Under the pieces are notes generated by a model. That model was given only the letters and a program-made list of their open reading frames with translations, had not been told where the DNA came from and searched no databases. From NCBI RefSeq assembly GCF_009914755.1, contig NC_060929.1: a stretch of 64,000 nucleotides of DNA, one strand, 5' to 3'. The stretch's first letter is position 1; each line of letters begins with the position of its first letter. Source of the stretch: the human T2T-CHM13v2.0 reference genome, Homo sapiens. Both the position numbers and the translations under genes were made by a program. Shown here one piece after another: positions 40,982-59,034 of this stretch.

Positions 40982-43782
40982 GGATTAGTTTTAAATATGC
41001 TAATGGAATCATTCACTGTTGCTCCATGAACACTATGATTTTTCAATGTCATTAAATATAGATTTTAAAATATATTTATGTGTATATATTATCTATATAT
41101 GTGTATTTATTATCTATACTCTCATCTTTTAAAGAGGACATATTGTTTCACATATAGCTGTGGCATAAATTCTTTAACTTAGCCACTATTGGTTAACATT
41201 TGGATCATTTCTAAAGTTTTGCTCTTAATTATAATGCTACAGAGATTATTCTTTTCCATACTTCTTTGCATATACGTATGATTTCTCTCAGCATACATTC
41301 CTAGAAGTTAGCTGTCTTGGTCAGAGGGCATGCATTGAAAAATTTTAACACACAGCACCAAAAGAGCAGCTTTTGAATCCTTACTCATAGAGTACATCTA
41401 TCTGTAACTCAAATCTCACAGGGACTAATGTTGCTTTTCAATAGTCTAGAGCCAGCATGAAAGACAAAAGATGAAACACATAGAGCGATGAAAGGCCAAA
41501 AATCGAGACAGAAGATGTGATTTGGAAGGTTACAAGAGAAGTTGGATAAAGCCAAACAAGGAAAGGAATTTAGAAAAAAGTGTCCAATGCTGCAGAAGGG
41601 TCACAGAGCTACAGTCTGAGCAAAGGCTACTGCATAAGGCCAACTTTGAGAAGTTTCATACAAGTGTGGGTTCAGATGTTAGATTCCAATAGAAAGGAAG
41701 CAGGATGGGACAGTAGGAAAAGCGTGGACTTGGGGACCAGACAAATTTATCTGAAATACTCATTCAGTAACTTACTAGGCTTCTGACTTTAGGCATATTA
41801 ATCTCTTTGGTCCTCAGTTGCCTCAGCTGTAAAATAGAGATAATGATTTTTAGAATTGTTGGGGAAATTGGAAATAATATATGTGAAGTACATGACATAT
41901 AGTAACCACTCAAAATGGTAGCTGCCATTGCTATAACTTTACTTTTTAATTAATCTTATTTCAAAAAGGTATTTAATGTTATTACAACAATAAAAACCAG
42001 TATCACTTACTATGAATAGAAGGTGATGGTAAAAATAAATACAATGCAAACAAATTAAAAAGCATTAAAGGAAAATTACAAGTAACAAAGTAATTTTTAA
42101 AACATGCTAACAATCAATCTCAGACTTTCTCTTTGCCTTAATTAGGAGAATTAAAGGAGAGCTGAAATGGGAATCATGTTTTTACGCTGTGATTCAGTGC
42201 TATTTAAGGCTGTTTCCACGCCCTAAAATCATTTCAACCTCATGAGTCTTAAAGGTTCCACTTTGGGAAGCACTGACATCATCTAGTCCTTCCATGTTTT
42301 ACAAACGAGGAGATGGAGGCTCAGAAGAGGCTGTCCCAAGGTTTAGAACCTGTTTACAGGAATTCACATGGAATTGAGTACTCACATGTATTGAGTACAG
42401 GGGAATTCTATGGACCCACAGCAGGGAAGTAGGGCCGGGTCTTAAGATGATATTCTTTTGATCTTCACTTTCTCTGGGGCTGTGTGCTTTCTCATTTCTA
42501 CTTTTCTTGATGAATTTGTTCCATCTTTATACCTCTTTCTGCAAAAAGGTTTTCCACACTTAATTATCAGAAGGTATATCATGGCCAAAAATGGTTGTTG
42601 CCAGTCCCACATCTACATAAACTCTCAATGTTATTGACCGCCTCCATCCCATGTGTTTCATTCTGTTTCAGTTCAAATTTTAAAAAGAAAGAATATACTT
42701 AATTACTAGCCAGCTGAAAATGAACTACCTTTGAGTCAAGGGCATGCCCGTGTCAGTGAGCTGTAACCCTTTGAGTCACGTGGGCCACTACTGTCTCAGC
42801 AGAGCCAAAGGTCCAAAGAAGTCTCTGGGAAGGGAGAAAATTGACAGACATATCCACCATAGAGACATTAGCTAGCTAAGCCGAGAAGTTTCTACAAGCC
42901 GGGAGCAAGACAGTGCCCAATTCTGTAGACAGGATATTATGTGAAAGGACAAAAAAAAAAGGTGGAATAATAATTAGTGTTTATATACTGACTTACTTCT
43001 CGGGTTCCAAAGACTTCTTGTCTGTTGTATTACAAAATTAACTTCAAACTTGTCCCCATGAGTTTCAGAGAGCATGGCATTTTCCCACTGTGTGGGTGTG
43101 GGTGGGTGCCTTGTGTGGCCTCACTGACATGCCCTCCTTATACCTAACCTGCTACAAAGTAGCTCTATTGTCAAAGAAACAGTCTCACCCGCTGGTTCTG
43201 GGACAGTATGTGCAAAAAGGGACAGGAAAATAAATAGCAGTTTGTACAAATATGGCCCCCACACCAAACCAACTTGCCCAGAATTGTCATCCGGTTTTCT
43301 AGGAATATAAGGACAGTTTGAATAAGATAATAGAGGAGATTCCCAGGAAAGCAGAGAGTTTCAGTGCCAGGAGCAGCTCCCAGGACAGTAGTCTAAAAAA
43401 TTGAAAAAAAAAAAAATAAAGAAATACAAAGCACCAAGTGCTCTGGATCTCTACAAAGGAGGCTCCAATATGGGTCCCTGCTGGCTGGGGTTTATTTTTA
43501 TAGCTCACAGTTTGGAATTCCCTTGGGCTCTCCAAGCTGATAGTGAAGGTTGACAGTCATCATGAGCCCCCTTTTAGGCTGATTAGAAATTTCTCATAAG
43601 AGATGATACACTTAGCTTCTGAATATTTTATGTCCCATCTGTTGTCACAAACAAAAGAAGTGGCAGCGAATGTGGGTGTTTTTTTCTGTTGCTGCCCTTC
43701 TGACTTCTTCCTTCTGCTACTCTAGTCTCATGTTTCTAGGATCCTTTCTTCCTCCCACTTTATTTATCTATTTATCTATTAA

Positions 43783-44077
<295 letters not shown>

Positions 44078-46462
44078 GCACATGCCTGATAAGGAACTTA
44101 CAGCAGTTTAACAGAGGCAGACAGGAAAAAATTGATGAGTGCTGTCCAGAGTAAGGCAGCAAGAATGTGCTTACCTGTGCCCCGTGGATCCAGGAAGGGT
44201 CTATTGAGCAGGAAAAGCTTGCAATGGGTCTTGAGGTCTGAGGAGCAATTTCACAGGAGAAGGAGGAAAGAGAACTCCAGAAAGAGAGATAGGATATAAA
44301 GTACATGGAAGCATGAACCAGTGTGGGGAGTATTTGGAGATTTAAAAGTAATTCAGCAAAGCTAGAGCATGAGGTGCACCCACAGAGTCATGGGAAAGAG
44401 ATAAGGTGGATGGGGCTTGATCATGGAAAATCTTCTTGCATATCTGGATTTTGTCATTTAGGTATTGGAAAGCTACTGAAGAGTTTTTTTTTTTTTTGAG
44501 ACGGAGTCTTGCCCTGTCACCCAGCCTGGAGTACAATGGTGTGATCTCTGTTCATTGAAACCTCTGCCTCCTGGGTTCAAGTGATTCTCCTGCCTCAGTC
44601 TCCTGAGTAGCTGGGATTACAGGCACACGCCACCATGCTCGGCAATTTTTTTTTGTATCTTTAGTAGAGATGGGGTTTCACCATCTTGGCCAGGCTGGTC
44701 TCGAATTCCTGACCTCGTGATCCGCCCGCCTCAGCCTCCCAAAGTGCTGGGATTACAGGCATGAGCCACTGCGCTCAGTCGTTTAGGAGCTTTAAGCAAG
44801 CCATTAATGCAAGTGATTAATATGATCTTATTTCAGTGCGGAATGTGAATTGAAGTTGGAAAGTAAGGAGAGTCAAGGAAGTCAGAAAAAAATGTTAGTC
44901 AAATGGTCCAGATGGATGATGTTGTTCATCTCAACTAAGGAGAAGTGGCAGTGAGAATGGAGAGAAGAGCATGTATTTGAAAAATGTCTTAGGATATTGA
45001 AAAACCTTGTGATCAATGGTATGGGTGAGAGCAGGACGGGACATGGGAGAGGAAGAATTGACGATGACTCCCAGTTTCCAGTTTTAATGCCTTACCAGTA
45101 AATAATTACAGGAGAAGTGGATTTGAGAGTAAATATATGGAAGCACTGACTTGGAGGTATATGGAATTCATGAAATGAATGGGTCTAGCAGCTTTCTTGG
45201 AGCCCAAGAGAAAGTATGATACATAAAGATTTGAGGCTTAACAAACTCTGGGATGTAGTGACATCTTGGGAGTCCTAGTTACAAGCTCCTTGGTGTCAGA
45301 TACTATATCACATTGATCCTTAAAGTTCCTCCATGTGTGTTATAAATAATAAACACTCGACAAATATTTGGTGAGTTAAGTTAGTATAACTTCTCATGAA
45401 AATCCAGGAGTGGTGGAGGAAGAAATATTCGAGGGAGCAATGCATAGCAGCACCTTCTGGTAGGTGCTGTATGCTGTGATCTCCCTGGAGGACAGGGCTA
45501 GAGCACGAACTCAGTCTGTAGCAGAGCTTCATAAAGATAGCCCAATGGTTTTGTCGTTTTGCTTTTTCTAGAGATGAAGTCTCAACTATGGTTATCCAGG
45601 CCGTTCAAGAACTTCTGGGCTCAAGCAATCCTCCTGCCTCAGTTTCCTAAGTAGCATGGGGGACAGCTATGCACCACTGCACCTGACTGCTCACTGGTTT
45701 TAAAAATTGATTCCCCCCTCTTGAATACATTCATTAAAATAGCAATTCAAAATTGTATTTTCTTACTTTAAAAATGGTTAGTTAGTGATTTAGGGAATTC
45801 ACCCTAAAAATAAATCATATATTGGAAATACTACAACCAAAAAAATGTTCATTGTCGTGTTATTTATAGTGTCGAGAACTAGTAATAACTTATGGGATCC
45901 AATGATATAGGAATGGTCAGGTAAAGCATATACACTGGGCAGAAGATTCCATAGCCATGAGAAATCATGATTATGAAGACTCTGTGGTAACATGGAAGAT
46001 GGGCAGGACATGAGTGTAAGTGAAAAGCCAGGTGCAAATGGAGCGCACACTATTATGATAATACTTACTCCAGGTTCTTCAGTGAGATTATTCACTCAGC
46101 AAATACTTGTTGAGCACCTACTATGCAATAGCCACTATTCTAGAGACTGGTGATACAGCAGTGAACAAAATAGACAGCAATCTCTGTCCTTATGGAACTT
46201 ACACTCTAGTGAGAGGGAAGCCAGACAAAAATAAATGTGTAAAATATTCATTGTATTATGTAGCGATAAGTGATAAGAAAGAAAAGAGGGCCGGGCGCGG
46301 TCGGTCACGCCTGTAATCCCAACACTTTGGGAGGCCAAGGTGGGTGGATTATGAGATCAAGAGATGGAGGCCATCCTGGCCGACATGGTGAAACCACAAT
46401 TCTACTAAAAATACAAAAATTAGCTGGGCATGGTGGTGTGCACCTTTAGTCTCAGCTACTCA

Positions 46463-46651
<189 letters not shown>

Positions 46652-47381
46652 TTAGATAAGTTGGCCAGGACAGCCTTACTGAGGAGGTAATAATTAAACT
46701 GAAAGAAATGAGGGAAATGGCTATACATGGGGGAACTCCATCAAGCAGAAGGCGTAGCAGGCGTAAGAGTGTCCAGATGGGAGATGCCTGCAGTACTCTT
46801 GAAACAGCTGAGGGGAAAGGGCAGAGAGTAACAGGGAACAGATTGTGGAGGACCAAGTTTGTCAAAGTAAGAAGTTTGGCTTTTCCTGGGATTTTACAGG
46901 AGCCATCAGAAGGAACTGGGGATTTCACAAAGGGAACCAGGGATTTCCTGGGATTTCACAGGAGCCATCAGAGGGAACTGGGGAGTGACATGATCTGGCT
47001 TATGCTTTAACAGTATCACTCTGGCAGCTTTGTTGAAAATAGACGCAGAAGGCAAAAAAAGAGAGATCAGTTAGGAGCCTGTTGTATTAATCCAGGCAAG
47101 AGATAAAGGTGGTTTGGACTAGGAAGGTAGTAGTGGAATGCTGAGAAGTGGCTGGAGCTTGGCGGTATTTAAAAGGTTAAAGATAGCAAGATTTGCTAAC
47201 AGATTGAAAGTGGAATATTAAAGAGAAGAGTCAAATACTCAAAAGGTTAGGTAAACACAAGAACAGTTTACACTGACTGAAATGGGGAAGATTGTAGGAG
47301 AAGCAGGTTTGGGTCAGGAGAAATCAAGAGCTCAGTCTTGAACATGTTATGTTTGACATGCCTATTACACATTTATGACAC

Positions 47382-47818
47382 TACAGAGCAGACGTTGTGA
47401 GTGCCTCCCCCATTCCCCCTTGGGCCTTACCATTTCAGTGCTTGCAGGACTGACCTTCAATGGCTAGTCTCTCTGTCTCTCTGCCTCTGGGCTTTCTCTA
47501 GCCATTGGAGCCTCCTCTGCATGCATGGTAGCCCAGAAGTACAGAATGCACTTCCTGGTGGAGTGGCCAGCAACCACTGACTGGTAGAAGTTAATGTATA
47601 AATACTCCAGTTCTCTCACTCTCCTAATAATGAAATTCAGGCATAACTCTTAGCAGGATTCACTGGACACTTGTTTAATAACACTGTCTATGGGCTGCCT
47701 TTCTTGTCTCACTTCCCCATTCTTCTACTAGGGTTTTCTAGGATCACCTCCCTCATAAACTGCTTGCACTTGAACCTCTGCCTCAGAGTCTGGCTCTGTC
47801 CGAACCCAAACTAAGACG
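47382..47818 (+). mobile_element. Old ERVL LTR (LTR16-like)
   Basis: Ends ...cataaactgcttgcacttgaacctctgcctcagagtctggctctgtccgaacccaaactaagac, typical of the LTR16 3' terminus. Confidence 0.6.
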
Positions 47819-48188
47819 ACACCCAAGTGAGCAGGGTATTTATGCATATGGAATCACCAAGGAGGTGATTGTAGAGAAGAGGTCTAAGAACTAAGCCTTC
47901 AGGTATCCAGCATTGAAAAGGAGGCTAGGGAGGTGAAAAGGAGGCTAGGGAGATGAACACAGCTAAGGAGTCTTAAATGAAGTGACGAGAAGTAGGAGGA
48001 AAGCCAGGAGTGTGGGTTGTCCTAGAAACCAAGTGAAAAAGGTATTTTTAAGAGGAAGATTGAAGCCTGAGAACTGCCCACTGATTTTAGCAATTTGGAG
48101 GTCATTGGTGACCCTGAGGAGGGCATTTTTAGTTGCATTATCTCTTGGGTTCAAGAGAGGATAATGAGGGGAGAATTAAAGACAGTAA

Positions 48189-48332
<144 letters not shown>

Positions 48333-49275
48333 TAGGACTACAGGTGTGTGCCACCATGCCTGGCTAAAGAGACGGGGGTTTCACCATGTTAGCCAGGGTA
48401 GTCTCGATCTCCTGACCTCATCATCCACCCGCCCTGGCCTCCCAAAGTGTTGGTATTACAGGCGTGAGCCACTGCGCCCAGTTTTGACCAACTCTTTAAA
48501 GGGGTTTTACTATAAAGAGAATGAGAGAAAGAGGTCTAATGCTAGAGAGGGAAGTGGAGTCAAGAGAGGCTTTTTTGTGATGTTTTTTATAACTTTTTTT
48601 TTTTTTTTAAGCCTCTCATGGTGGCACATGCCTATAGTCCACAGCTACTTGGGAGACTGAGCTGGGAGGACTGCTTGAGCCTAGGAGTTCAAATCTAGCT
48701 TGGGCAACATAGCAAGACCCTGTCTTTAAAACCAAAACCAAAACCAAAAAAACCACACACATATAACCTTTTTATGTTTAACGCATATCAATACCAAAAA
48801 AGTTTAAAAATCATGAGTATTCATTTTGATGAATTTTCCAAACTGAAAAGACCCATGGAAGCACCACCAACATCAAGACACAGAACACTTCTGGTACTCA
48901 GAGCGCTGCCCTCCACCTGCTCGTCATCCTCCATTCTATTCTCTACATCCTGAAGTGTAACCACTATTCTGACTTCTAATACCATAGATTGCTTTTGACT
49001 GTTTTAAACTTTACATAAATGGCATCATCCAATGTGTATTCTTTTGTCTTACTTCAATTGTCCAATTTTGAGTTTGTGACTACCATCCATACTGTTTTAT
49101 GTAGTTCAGATGTTTCATGCTCATTGCCATATATACAGTAATTCATTGTATGAATGTAGTACCACAATTTATTTATCCATTCAACTGTTGCTGATGTGAC
49201 TAGTTTCTAGTTTCCAGTTTGGGGCTATTATGAATAACATTGATGTGAACATTCTAGTGCAAGCGTTTTTGGTAA

Positions 49276-49446
<171 letters not shown>

Positions 49447-49609
49447 TAAATGTTTTGTAGATATGGGGTCCTGCTATGTTGCCCAGACTGGTCTCAAACT
49501 CCAGGGCTCGAGTAATCCTCTTGCCTTGGCCTCCCAGAGTGTTGGTATTACAGATGTGAGCCACTGAGTCTGGCTCGTATGCATTTTTATTGGGGACATT
49601 TTTACTTAT

Positions 49610-51418
49610 AAATTTTTTTTCAATGACTTTTGGGGTACAAGTGGTTTTTGGTTACAATGATGAACTGTATACTGGTGAAATCTTAGATTTTAGTGCACCT
49701 ATCACCTGAGTAGTGTACATTGTACCCAATACGTAGTTTTTAATCCCTCACCCCCTCCCACCCTACCCCTTCTAAGTCTCCAAAGCCCATGCCTTTTCAT
49801 ACCCATAGCTAAACTCTCATTTCTAAGTAAGAACATACAGTATTTGATTTTCCATTCCTGAGTTACTTCACTTGGAACAATGGCCTCCAGCTCCATCCAA
49901 GTTGCTGCAAAATACATTATTTTATTCTTTTTCATAGCTGAGTAGTATTCTATGGTATATACACCACGTTTTCTTTACCCACTCATTGGTTGGTTGACAC
50001 TTAGGTTGGTTCCAGATCTTTGCAATTGTGAATTGTGCTGCCATAAACATGCATGCAGGTGTTTTTTGATATAAGGACTTCTTTTCCTTTGGGGAGATAC
50101 CCAGTAGGGGATTGTTGGATCAAATGGTAGATCTACTCTCAGATTTAGATTTTAATTTACTTTTAGATTTTAGATTTAGAAATCTCCATTCTGTTTTCCA
50201 TAGAGGCTGTACTAATTTACATTCCCACCAGCAGTGTATAAATGTTACCTTTTCACCACATTCATGCCAACATCTACTGTTTTTTGACTTTTTAATAATG
50301 ACCATTCTGGCTGGGGTAAAGCGGTATCTCACTGTGGTTTTAATTTGGATTTTTGTGATGATTAGTGATGTAGAGTGTTTTTCCATATGTTTGTTGGCCA
50401 TTTGTATGTCTTCTTTTGAGAAATATTTATTCATATCATTTGCCCACTTTTTAATGAGATCTTTTTTTGTTTTTTGTTTGCTAATTTGTTTGAGTTCCCT
50501 GTAAATTCTGGATATTAGTTCTTTGTCAGATACATAGTTTGCAAATATTTTCTCCCATTCTGTGGATTGCCTGTTTGCTTTGATGATTATTTTTTCTGTT
50601 GTGCAGAAGCTTTTCAGTTTAATGAGGTCCCATTTATTTATTTTTGTTTTTGTTGCATTTACTTTTGGGGTCTTAGTCACAAATTCTTTATCTAAGTCAA
50701 TGTCCAGTAGAGTTTTTCCTGTTTTCTTCTATAATTTTTGTGGTTTCAGGTCTTAGATTTAAGTCTTTAATCATATTGAGTTGATTTTTGTATAAGGTGA
50801 GTGGGATCCAGTTTTATTCTCCTACATGGGGCTATCCAGTTTTCCCAGCAACATTTACTAAATAGGGTGTCCTTTCCCTAATTTATGTTTTTGTATGCTT
50901 TGTTGAAGATCAGTTGGTTGTTAGTTTTAAAAAAAGAGAAAAATCTACGAGTCTTTTGAAGGAATCTTTAGGGTTTTCTAGGTATATGATCATATCATCA
51001 GCAAACAGAGATGGTTTGACTTTCCCTTTTCCACTTTAGATGTCCTTTATTTCTTTCTCTTGCCTGATTGCTCTGGCTAGGACTTCCAGTACTATGTTGA
51101 ACAGAAGTGATGAAAGTGGGCATTCTTGTCTTGTTCCAGCTCTCAGGGGGAATGCTTTCAACTTTTCCCCATTTGGTATGATGTTGGCTTTCGGTTTGTG
51201 ATATATGGCTTTTGTTATTTTGAGTTATGTTCCTTCTATGCCTAGTTTGTTGTCATTGTTTTTGTCATAAAGCAATGCTGGGTTTTGTCATGACATTGTT
51301 TTTGTCATAGAGCAATGCTGGATTTTACTTAATGCTCTTTCTGCATCTATTAAGATGATCATATGGTTTTGTTTTTAATTCTGTTTATGTGATTTATCAT
51401 ATTTATTGACTTGCATAT
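49610..51418 (-). mobile_element. Older L1 (L1PB/L1MA-like), 3' segment; host of the L1PA insertion
   Basis: ORF2 C-terminal fragments [14 protein letters not shown]...[14 protein letters not shown] and FAATWMELEAI. The sequence resumes collinearly after 57590. Apparent internal deletion near 50930. Confidence 0.85.
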
Positions 51419-51660
51419 ATATATATAGAGAGAGAGAGAGCACAGATTTTTTTATTATTATACTTTAAGTTCTGCAGTACATGTGCACAATGTGCAGGTT
51501 TGTTACATATGTATACATGTGCCATATTGGTGTGCTGTACCCATTAACTGATCATTTACATTAGGTATATCTCCTAATGCTATCCCTCCCCCCTTCCCCC
51601 ACCCGACGACAGGCCCGGATGTGTGATGTTCCCCACCCTGTGTCCAGGTGTTCTCATTGT

Positions 51661-55493
<3,833 letters not shown>

Positions 55494-55557
55494 TATGATG
55501 TTAGCTGGTTATTTTGCTTTTTAGTTGATGCAGTTTTCTCCCTAGCATCGATGGTCT

Positions 55558-56579
55558 TTACAATTTGGCATGTTTTTGCAGTGGCTGGTACTGGTTGTTC
55601 CTTTCCATGTTTAGTGCTTCCTTCAGGAGCTCTTGAAGGCAGGCCTGGTGGTGACAAAATCTCTCAGCATTTTTTGTCTGTAAAGGATTTTATTTCTTCT
55701 TCACTTATGAAGCTTAGTTTGACTGGCTATGGAATTCTGGATGGAAAATTCTTTTCTTTAAGAATGTTGAATATTGGCCCCCACTCTCTTCTGGCTTGTA
55801 GAGTTTCTGCCGAGAGATCTGCTGTTAGTCTGATGGGCTTCCCTTTGCAGGTAACCCAACCTGTCTCTCTGGCTGCCCTTAACATTTTTGCCTTCATTTC
55901 AACTTTGGTGGATCTGACAATTGTGTCTTGGAATTGCTCTTTTCGAGGAGTATCTTTGTGATGTTCTCTGCACTTCCTGAATTTGAATGTTGGCCTGCCT
56001 TGCTAGGTTGGGGAAGTTCTCCTGGATAATATCCTGCAGAGTGTTTTCCAACTTGGTTCCATTCTCTCCGTCACTTTCAGGTACACCAATCAGACGTAGA
56101 TTTGGTCTTTTCATATAGTCCCATATTTCTTGGAGGCTTTGTTTATTTCTTTTTACTCTTTTTTCTCTAAAATTCTCTTCTCACTTCATTTCATTCATTT
56201 GATCTTCAATCACTGATACCTTTTCTTCCATTTGATCGAATTGGCTACTGAAGCTTGTGCATGCATCACATAGTTCTTGTGCCATGGTTTTCAGCTCCAT
56301 CAGGTCATTTAAGGTCTTCTCTATGCTTTTTATTCTAGTTAGCCATTTGTCTAATCCTTTTTCAAGGTTTTTAGCTTCTTTGAGATGGGTTCGAACATCC
56401 TCCTTTAGCTTGGAGAAGTTTGTTATTACCAATTGTCTGGAGCCTTCTTCTCTCAACTCATCAAATTCATTCTCCGTCCAGCTTTGTTCTATGGCTGGCA
56501 AGGAGCTGCATTCCTTTGGAGGAGAAGAGGCACTCTGATTCTTAGAATTTTCAGCTTTTCTGCTCTGGTTTCTCCCCAT
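55558..56579 (-). pseudogene. L1 ORF1p remnant (interrupted)
   Basis: MGRNQSRKAENSKNQSASSPPKE... and KRPNLRLIGVPESDGENGTKLENTLQDIIQENFPNLARQ are separated by stops or frameshifts. Confidence 0.9.
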
Positions 56580-59034
56580 CTTTGTGGTTTTATCTACCTT
56601 TGGTCTTTGATGATGGTGACCTACAGATGGGATTTTGGTGTGGATGTCCTTTCTGTTTGTTAGTTTTCCTTCTAACAGACAGGACCCTCAGCTGCAGGTC
56701 TGTTGGAGTTTGCTGGAGGTCCACTTCAGACCTGTTTGCCTGGGTATCACCAGCAGAGGCTGCAAAACAGCAAATATTGCAGAATAGCAAATGTTGCTGC
56801 CTGATCCTTCCTCTGGAAGCTTCATCTCAGAGGGTCACCCAGCTGTGTGAGGCATCAGTCGGCCCCTACTGGGAGGTGCCGCTCAGGCTACTCAGGGGTC
56901 AGGGACCCACTTGAGGAGGAAGTCTGTCCGTTCTCAGATCTCACACTCTGTGCTGGGAGAACCACTACTCTCTTCAAAGCTGTCAGACAGGGATGTTTAA
57001 GTCTGCAGAATTTTCTGCTGCCTTTTGTTCAGCTATGCCCTGCCCCTAGAGGTGGAGTCTACAGAGGCAGGCTGGCCTCCTTGAGCTGTGGGGGGCTCCA
57101 CCCAGTTTGAGCTTCCCAGCTGCTTTGTTTACCTACTCAAGCCTCAGCAATGGCGGATGTCCCTCCACCAGCCTCATTGCCACCTTGCAGTTCAATCTCA
57201 GACTGCTGTGCTAGCAGTGAGTGAGGCTCCATGGGCGTGGGACCCTCTGAGCCAGGTGTGGGATATGATCTCCTGGTGTGCCATTTGCTAGGACTGTTGG
57301 AAGAGCACAGTATTAGGGTGGGAGTGTCCCGATTTTCCAGGTACCTTCTGTCATCACTTCCCTTGGCTAAGAAAGGGGATTCCCTGACCCCTTGCACTTC
57401 CTGGGTGAGGCGATGCCCTGCCCTAGTTCAGCTCACACTTCGTGGGCTGCACCCACTGTCCAACAAGCCCCAGTGCGATGAACGCGGTACCTCAGTTGGA
57501 AATGCAGAAATCACCTGTCTTCTGCGTTGCTCATGCTGGGAGCTGTAGACTGGAGCTGTTCCTATTTGGCCATCTTTGAACCTCCCCCCTGACTTGCGTA
57601 TGTTAAATCTTCCCTCTATCTCTGGGACAAAGCCCATTTGATCATGATGTATTATGTTTTTGATTTGCTATTGGATTCTGTTTGCTGGTATTTTGTTGAG
57701 GACTTTTGCATCTATGTTCATCAGGAATATTGATCTGTAGTTTTCTTTTTTGTTATGTCATTTCCTGGGTTTGACACAGGGTGATACTGGCTTCATAGAA
57801 TGAGTTTGGGAGGATTTTCTCTTTCTCAATCTTTTTGAATAATCTCAATAGTATTGCTTCCAATTCTTCTTTGACTGTCTGGTAGAATTCAGCTATGAAT
57901 CCATCTGGCCCTAGGCTTTTTTGTTGCTGGCAATTTCAATCAGTAAATTTTACTTAGTCAGTCTCACTGCTTGTTATCTGGTCTGCTCAGGATTTCTATT
58001 TCTTCCTGATTTAATCTGGGATGGTTGTAAATTTCCAGGAATTTATCCATTTCTTCTATGTTTTTTAGTTTGTGTGAATAGAGATGTTCATAGTAATCTC
58101 AACTGATCTTTTGTATTTCTGTTTCATTGGTTGTAGTGTCTCTATTTTCATTTCTAATTGAACTTATTCAAAACTTCTCTCCTCTTAGTTAATCTAGTTA
58201 ATGGTCTATCAATTTTGTTTATCTTTTCAAAGAACCAACTTTTTGTTTTACTAACCTTGTGTAATATTTTTGTTTCAATTTCATTTATTTCTGCTCTGGT
58301 CTTTGTTGTTTCTTTTCTTCTCTAGCTTTGGGTTCCTTTGTTCCTGTTTCTTTAGCTCCTTGAGGTGCGATGTTAGGGTGTCAAGTTGTGATCTTTCAGA
58401 CTTTTTGATGTAGGCATTTAGTGCTATAAACTTTCCTCTTAGCACCACTTTTGCTGTATCTCAGAAGTTTTGACAACTGTGTCATATTATCATTCATTTC
58501 AAGTAATTTTTAAATGTTCATCTTTATTTCATTGTTAACCCAAAATTTATACAGGAGCAGATTTTTTAATTTCCATGTATTTGTATAGTTTTGAGAATTC
58601 CTTTTGGAGTTGGTTTCTAGTTTTTTCCTACTGTGGTCTGAGAAGATGCTTGATATGATTTTGATTTTTAAAAATTATTGATACTTGTTTTGTAGCCAAT
58701 CGTATGGCCTATGTTGGAATATATTCCATGTGCTGATGAGAAGAAAGTATATTCTATAGTTTTTGGGTAGGATGTTCTGTAAATATCTGTTAGGTCTACT
58801 TGTTTTAGAGTATTGTTTAAGTCATTGTTTCTTTGTTGACTTTCTGCCTCGATGATCTGTCTAGTGCTGTCAGTGGGGTGTTGAAGTATCCCACTATTAT
58901 TGGGTTGCTCATTATCTCTTTCCTTAGGTCTAGCAGTAATTGTTTTATGAATTTTGGAGCTCCATAGTTAGGTACACATATATTTTGGATTATAATATTC
59001 TCTTGTCAGATTAATCCTTTTATCATTATATAAT

